The position numbers and the translations under genes are program-made. Shown piece after piece: positions 59,667 to 64,000 of a stretch of DNA of 64,000 bases (position 1 is the first letter of the stretch; the number at the start of each line of letters is the position of its first letter). Source of the DNA: an uncultured Phycisphaerales bacterium (GTDB lineage Bacteria; Planctomycetota; Phycisphaerae; Tepidisphaerales; Tepidisphaeraceae). The stretch covers positions 4,224,001 to 4,288,000 of the forward strand of contig CAVWVQ010000003.1 in assembly GCA_963758525.1 (NCBI GenBank), in the 5' to 3' direction. A model generated the notes under the pieces. It was not told the DNA's origin, searched no databases, and worked only from the letters and a program-made list of their open reading frames with translations.

Positions 59667-60833
59667 ATGGATCAGAAGCTAACTAATTTTATGCTACGGG
59701 CCGTCCTTCGATGCGGGAGTGCTGTTACCCGTAGAAGGACTACGCCTCGAGGAGCGTTGCCCAAGTGGCGCAGCAGCGCTGTGGTGGGCTCGCTCGCGTT
59801 GCTGCTTGGAACGGCGCCGTTCGCATCAGCGGTGAGAATCGCCGACATCACGCGGCTGGGAGGTCAGCGCACCAGCGTGCTCACCGGGCTCGGGCTGGTC
59901 TACGGCCTTCCCGGCACTGGCGACGGCGGAGATTTTGCCGCGGCGATCAAACCGCTGGCGGGAATGCTCGGGAAATTCTCCGATCCAGTCACGATGGAAG
60001 AACTCAACAAAGTCCAGAACGTGGCGGTCGTCGGACTGGTAGCGACGATTCCGTCGAACGGCGTGCGCGACGGCGACCATATCGACGTACGGGTGATGAG
60101 CCTGGGCGCGGCCACGAGTCTCAAGGGTGGCCGATTGTTCGTCTCCCCGCTGCAATCGCCGATTCCCAACGGCGGTGTTTTCGCAATGGCGGAAGGTCCG
60201 CTCAGTATTGAAGACCCCACCGATCCGAACGTCGCGTTGGTTCGCGGCGGGGGGGTCATGGAAGCCGATCTCCCGGCCAAGTTCATCGAAAACAACCAGA
60301 TTACTTTCATATTGGAAGATCCCTCGGCCAGTTGGACCAACGCGAGCATGATTGCCAAGATCGTAAACGACGCGGAGGGGGCCAATGGCGAGACGCTCGC
60401 GGTTGCGGTCGATCCGAAGAACGTGATCGTGACAATTCCGCAGACGGAGCGCGAGCATCCCGACAGCTTCATCAGCCGAATCCAGCGTTTGCCGGTGCCG
60501 ATGCTTCCCAGCGAAGCGCGCGTGCAGATCAACGAGAAGACCGGAACGCTGATCGTGACCGGCGACGTCGAGATCAGCCCAGTGGTGATCAGCCACAAGG
60601 GGTTGACCATTACGACGATCGCGCCCGCTCCGGTTCCGACGCCTCGCAATCCGCTGGCGACCACGAAGGAGCTGGTTGCCCTCGATCCGGCCAATCAAGG
60701 CGGCGCCAAGTTGCAGGATTTGGTCGCAGCGCTCGAGCAACTGAAGGTGCCGGCGGAGGATCGCATCACCATCGTTGAAGAACTTTATAAGAGCGGAAAG
60801 CTGCACGCGAAGCTGGTTCTGGAGGAGCAGTAA
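59667..60833 (+). CDS. flgI: Flagellar P-ring protein FlgI
   Basis: VRIADI, LTGLGLVYGLPGTGD, NVAVV, ATSLKGGRL, INEKTGT, SGKLHAKL; start uncertain. Confidence 0.93.
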   Translation: MDQKLTNFMLRAVLRCGSAVTRRRTTPRGALPKWRSSAVVGSLALLLGTAPFASAVRIADITRLGGQRTSVLTGLGLVYGLPGTGDGGDFAAAIKPLAGMLGKFSDPVTMEELNKVQNVAVVGLVATIPSNGVRDGDHIDVRVMSLGAATSLKGGRLFVSPLQSPIPNGGVFAMAEGPLSIEDPTDPNVALVRGGGVMEADLPAKFIENNQITFILEDPSASWTNASMIAKIVNDAEGANGETLAVAVDPKNVIVTIPQTEREHPDSFISRIQRLPVPMLPSEARVQINEKTGTLIVTGDVEISPVVISHKGLTITTIAPAPVPTPRNPLATTKELVALDPANQGGAKLQDLVAALEQLKVPAEDRITIVEELYKSGKLHAKLVLEEQ

Positions 60834-60834
60834 C

Positions 60835-60920
60835 GGAGGGTTCAGGGTGTCAGGGTTCAGGGTTCAGGAAAGAACGGATAACCGTCTTCCTGAACCCTGA
60901 ACCCTGACACCCTGAACCCT
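60835..60920. repeat. CAGGGTT-family hairpin between flgI and flgJ
   Basis: GGAGGGTTCAGGGTGTCAGGGTTCAGGGTTCAGGAA ... TTCCTGAACCCTGAACCCTGACACCCTGAACCCT. Confidence 0.9.
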
Positions 60921-60942
60921 GGCAAGCGTCGGAGACGCGACC

Positions 60943-61440
60943 ATGAAAACGCCTCACATCAAGCCGCCCACGAGTATCGACACCGCCGCGCTGCTGGGCC
61001 GGGGACGCACGCTGGCCGCCAGGGGCGCCGCGGGGAGCAATCAGCACGATCAGCTCGTGCAGCAAACCGAAAAATGGGTCGCGCAGACGTTCTATGGAAC
61101 GCTGCTCAAGCAGATGCGCCAGAGCCCGTTTCACTCCGACCTGATGGACGGGGGCAACGGCGGCAAAACGTTCCAGTCGATGCTCGACCAGCGGCTGGCC
61201 GACCATATGTCGCGCCATGCCGGCGGCAAGCTGGTGCGGGCAATCGTCAAGAAAATCGAATCGGCCCAGGCCGCGAAACATTACGCCAAGGCCTCGAAAT
61301 CGAGCTCGCCAAAAGGCGCACATCCATCGTCTTCGCTGAAGCCTGACGCCCGAACCCCAGCTCTGTTGGCGCCCGCCAAACATTATCCGCATCAGCTCCA
61401 CAGGATTCACGTTCACATGGAAAACAAGGAGCATGCGTGA
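60943..61440 (+). CDS. flgJ: Rod-binding FlgJ-like protein (no muramidase domain)
   Basis: LLKQMR...GG..GKTFQSMLDQRLADHMS; follows flgI. Confidence 0.82.
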   Translation: MKTPHIKPPTSIDTAALLGRGRTLAARGAAGSNQHDQLVQQTEKWVAQTFYGTLLKQMRQSPFHSDLMDGGNGGKTFQSMLDQRLADHMSRHAGGKLVRAIVKKIESAQAAKHYAKASKSSSPKGAHPSSSLKPDARTPALLAPAKHYPHQLHRIHVHMENKEHA

Positions 61441-61931
61441 TGTCAAAGACACTTGCCGATCTCGAGACGGTGCTGAAGCAAATGCTTGTCGAGCATCGAC
61501 GCCTGCTGGCGCAGCTCGACCTCCAGCAGGCCGCCATGAAGAAGTTCGATCTTCAAGGCATGGCGTCGGCGTCGCAGTTTCAGGACGGCTCGCGGACGCG
61601 TCTGGTGTCGCTCGACGGACAGCGTCGCAAACTCGCGGCGCAGTTGGCCCGCGATCTGCGGATTCCCGGCGAAGTGACCCTTGCCGGGCTGGCGGCGCTG
61701 CATCCTGCGCGTGCGGCGGCGTTGCTCCAGTTGCGGCGAGAGCTGCGCGAGACCATCGAAACGATTCGCGCGCGCACCAAAATCAGCTCGCGTCTGGCCG
61801 GGGCGGTTTTGGGACATCTCAACACGGCGCTGCGAATCTTCGCAGGCGCCGTGCAGAAGGCCGGGTTGTACACCAAGCAGGGGACGCCCCGGCTGGCATC
61901 GCGCATCGGGGTGATGGAAACGATCGGTTGA
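61440..61931 (+). CDS. flgN: Flagellar export chaperone FlgN
   Basis: Helical 163-aa protein before flgK, C-terminal GLYTKQG. Confidence 0.78.
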   Translation: MSKTLADLETVLKQMLVEHRRLLAQLDLQQAAMKKFDLQGMASASQFQDGSRTRLVSLDGQRRKLAAQLARDLRIPGEVTLAGLAALHPARAAALLQLRRELRETIETIRARTKISSRLAGAVLGHLNTALRIFAGAVQKAGLYTKQGTPRLASRIGVMETIG

Positions 61932-61935
61932 TGCC

Positions 61936-63635
61936 ATGTCGCTGATCAGTGCTCTCAACATCGGAAGCTCTGCCCTGGCGGTGTCGCAGGCGCAGATCCA
62001 GACGACCGGCAACAATATCGCCAACGCCGGCAACGCCGATTATGTGCGCGAGACGGCACAGACCGCCGCCAACGACGACCAGCAGATTGCGCCGGGCAGT
62101 TTCTGGGAACCGGTGTCGACCTTGAGGGCATCCAACGGCAAGTCGACGCCGCATTGACGGGCAGATTAAACTCGAGCGTCAGCGACAATCAGGCCGCCAC
62201 CACCACCGAACAATGGCTCGGGCAGGTTCAGTCGACGTTCAACGCGCTCAACGGCGCCGATCTCTCCTCGCAGCTCAACACCTTCTACAACAGTTGGTCG
62301 AGCCTGGCGAACAACCCTTCGGATCCGGGCCTTCGTCAGGTGGTTCTGCAGGACGGGAAAGCGGTCGCCAGCACGTTTCAGACATTGCAGGGCCAGCTCA
62401 GCGGCATCCAGGGAAGCGTCAGCACGAGCCTTGGTTCGCAGGTCATTTCAGCCGACGGGTTGGCCGCTCAGATCGCTTCGCTGAACGGCCAAATCGTGAC
62501 AGCCCAGGGAGGAACCGGAGGGACGGCCAACGCACTGCTCGATCAGCGCGATGCCGCGGTGAAGAGTCTCTCGAAGTTGATGAACGTGACCACGGTGCAG
62601 CAGCCCAGCGGCGCGCTCGACGTCTACGTCGGCTCCGAGCCACTGGTCGCGGGGACGCAGAGCAACGGCGTCGCGGAAGCAACGCAGATCGTCAATGGCA
62701 AGGCGACGCAAGTGGCGATCTTCAAATCAAACAAGGAAACGATTCCCGTCACCTCGGGCCAGATTGGCGCGCTGGAGTCGGTCGGCGGGCAGATCAGCGG
62801 AGTGCAGGATCAGCTCAATTCGCTGGCGAATAATTTCATCTTCCAGCTCAACAAGATTCACTCCAGCGGGCAAGGTACCAACGGTTTTACATCCGTGACA
62901 TCGACCAGCGTCGTGGCCGATCCTACGCAGGCGCTGAACAGCGCTGCAGCTGGTTTAAAATTTACGCCGACCAACGGAAGCTTCGTCGTCCACGTCAAGG
63001 ACACCGCAACGGGCCTGGAAAAAAGCACGCTGGTGCAGGTGAATCTGACGGGCCAGCCGACCGACACGACGCTCAACTCGCTGGCGGCGAGCCTTGCCGG
63101 AATCCCCGGGGTGAGCGCCACGATCAGCGGCGGCCGCCTTACGGTTGCGGCAAGCAACAGCGGGCAGCAGATCACCTTCAGCCAGGACAGCAGCGGAACG
63201 CTGGCGGCTCTGGGAATCAATACGTTTTTCAGCGGCGATAACGCTTCCAATATTGCCGTCAACTCTGTGCTGGCAAGTTCGCCGACGCTCATTGCCGCGG
63301 CGCAGAACGGGGACGTTGGAGACAATCAGACGGCGCTGGCGATCGCGGCGCTGGGATCACAGCCGATTCCCACGCTGCAGGGCGCGAGTCTGAATGACAC
63401 CTACCAGTCGATGATCAACGGCATCAGCGTTTCGACGGCCGCCGCGAAGACCAACGCGCAGGCCGCGCAGACTATTCAGGACACGCTTCAGTCGCAGCGC
63501 GACGCGACCAGCGGCGTGAGCGTGGACGAGGAGACGGTCAACCTGCTTCAGCAGCAGACCGCATATCAGGCGGCGGCAAAGCTGATCTCCGTGACCGACG
63601 CCATGATGCAGACGCTGATGGGGATGGTGCAATAG
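61936..63635 (+). CDS. flgK: Flagellar hook-associated protein 1 (frameshift near 62097)
   Basis: GNNIANA..ADYVRE, shifted FLGTGV, NALLDQRD, SGVSVDEETVNLLQQQTAYQAAAKLI. Confidence 0.92.
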
Positions 63636-63637
63636 CC

Positions 63638-64000
63638 ATGGCAATTCTCCCACTAGGCGCGGCGCGAGTCAGCTCCCTGCAATGGGCGTCGGTTGCGCAG
63701 CAGCAGATCGACCAGACCGAACAGCAACTGCTGCAGTCGCAAAACGAGCTTTCGACGGGCAAGAAGGTCAACGTCGGCAGCGACGATCCCGGCGCTGCGG
63801 ACATGATCATGCAGCTCAACCAGACGCTCACGCAGCGTCAGGCGTACAGCGCGAACCTCAACACGGCGCAGAGCCAGCTTTCCGAGGTGGATTCCACGCT
63901 GGGCAGCGTGACCAACCTGATCCAGCAGGCGCAGCAGGTGGCCTCGGCGGATGTAAATTCGTCGGTCAGCGATTCAACGCGAAAGTCAGACGCGGACGTC
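63638..64000 (+). CDS. flgL: Flagellar hook-associated protein 3, partial (runs off window)
   Basis: MAILP...QNELSTGKKVNVGSDDP flagellin N-terminal motif directly after flgK. Confidence 0.88.
   Translation, partial: MAILPLGAARVSSLQWASVAQQQIDQTEQQLLQSQNELSTGKKVNVGSDDPGAADMIMQLNQTLTQRQAYSANLNTAQSQLSEVDSTLGSVTNLIQQAQQVASADVNSSVSDSTRKSDADV

Noticed and set aside
7872..63635. Frameshifts in dapF, apbC, rsmE, rpsB tail, DUF1501, PSD1, anti-sigma, flgH, flgK and others as pseudogenisation or programmed frameshifting
   Set aside because: They are scattered single-base indels with no shared slippery motif and no accumulated stops, and they hit core genes; sequencing or assembly error is the simplest explanation (read mapping would settle it).

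Overview
GC-rich bacterial chromosomal window, most likely Planctomycetota (Phycisphaerae/Tepidisphaera-like), inferred from planctomycete-typical DUF1501, PSD1/planctomycete cytochrome c and H-X9-DG pilin-like proteins. It carries housekeeping genes (nfo, glnII-type GS, dapF, cls, mrp/apbC, rsmE, nadE, rpsB-tsf, lexA, argJ, rnpB), an isolated flgM, and the start of a flagellar cluster (flgF-G-A-H-I-J-N-K-L). It also holds three small toxin-antitoxin-like pairs, an ECF sigma/anti-sigma/MoxR locus, a tandemly duplicated pseudopilin-like/zinc-ribbon membrane module, one complete IS1202-type IS with a 17-bp target duplication, three MITE families and a truncated RAYT. Intergenic DNA is dense in palindromic repeats (GTAG-type REPs and short-tandem-repeat hairpins), one of which sits inside RNase P RNA and another in-frame inside a protein. 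About a dozen genes show single-base frameshifts, best explained as sequencing indels. The most promising undescribed system is a ParA/Soj ATPase fused to a glycogen-binding (CBM48-like) domain, coupled to a degenerate MinD/FlhG-like partner and preceded by a sigma28-like promoter shared with flgM and flgG. An ORF overlapping lexA that ends in a clamp-binding-like motif is second. All functional calls come from motif recognition by eye; no searches were run.
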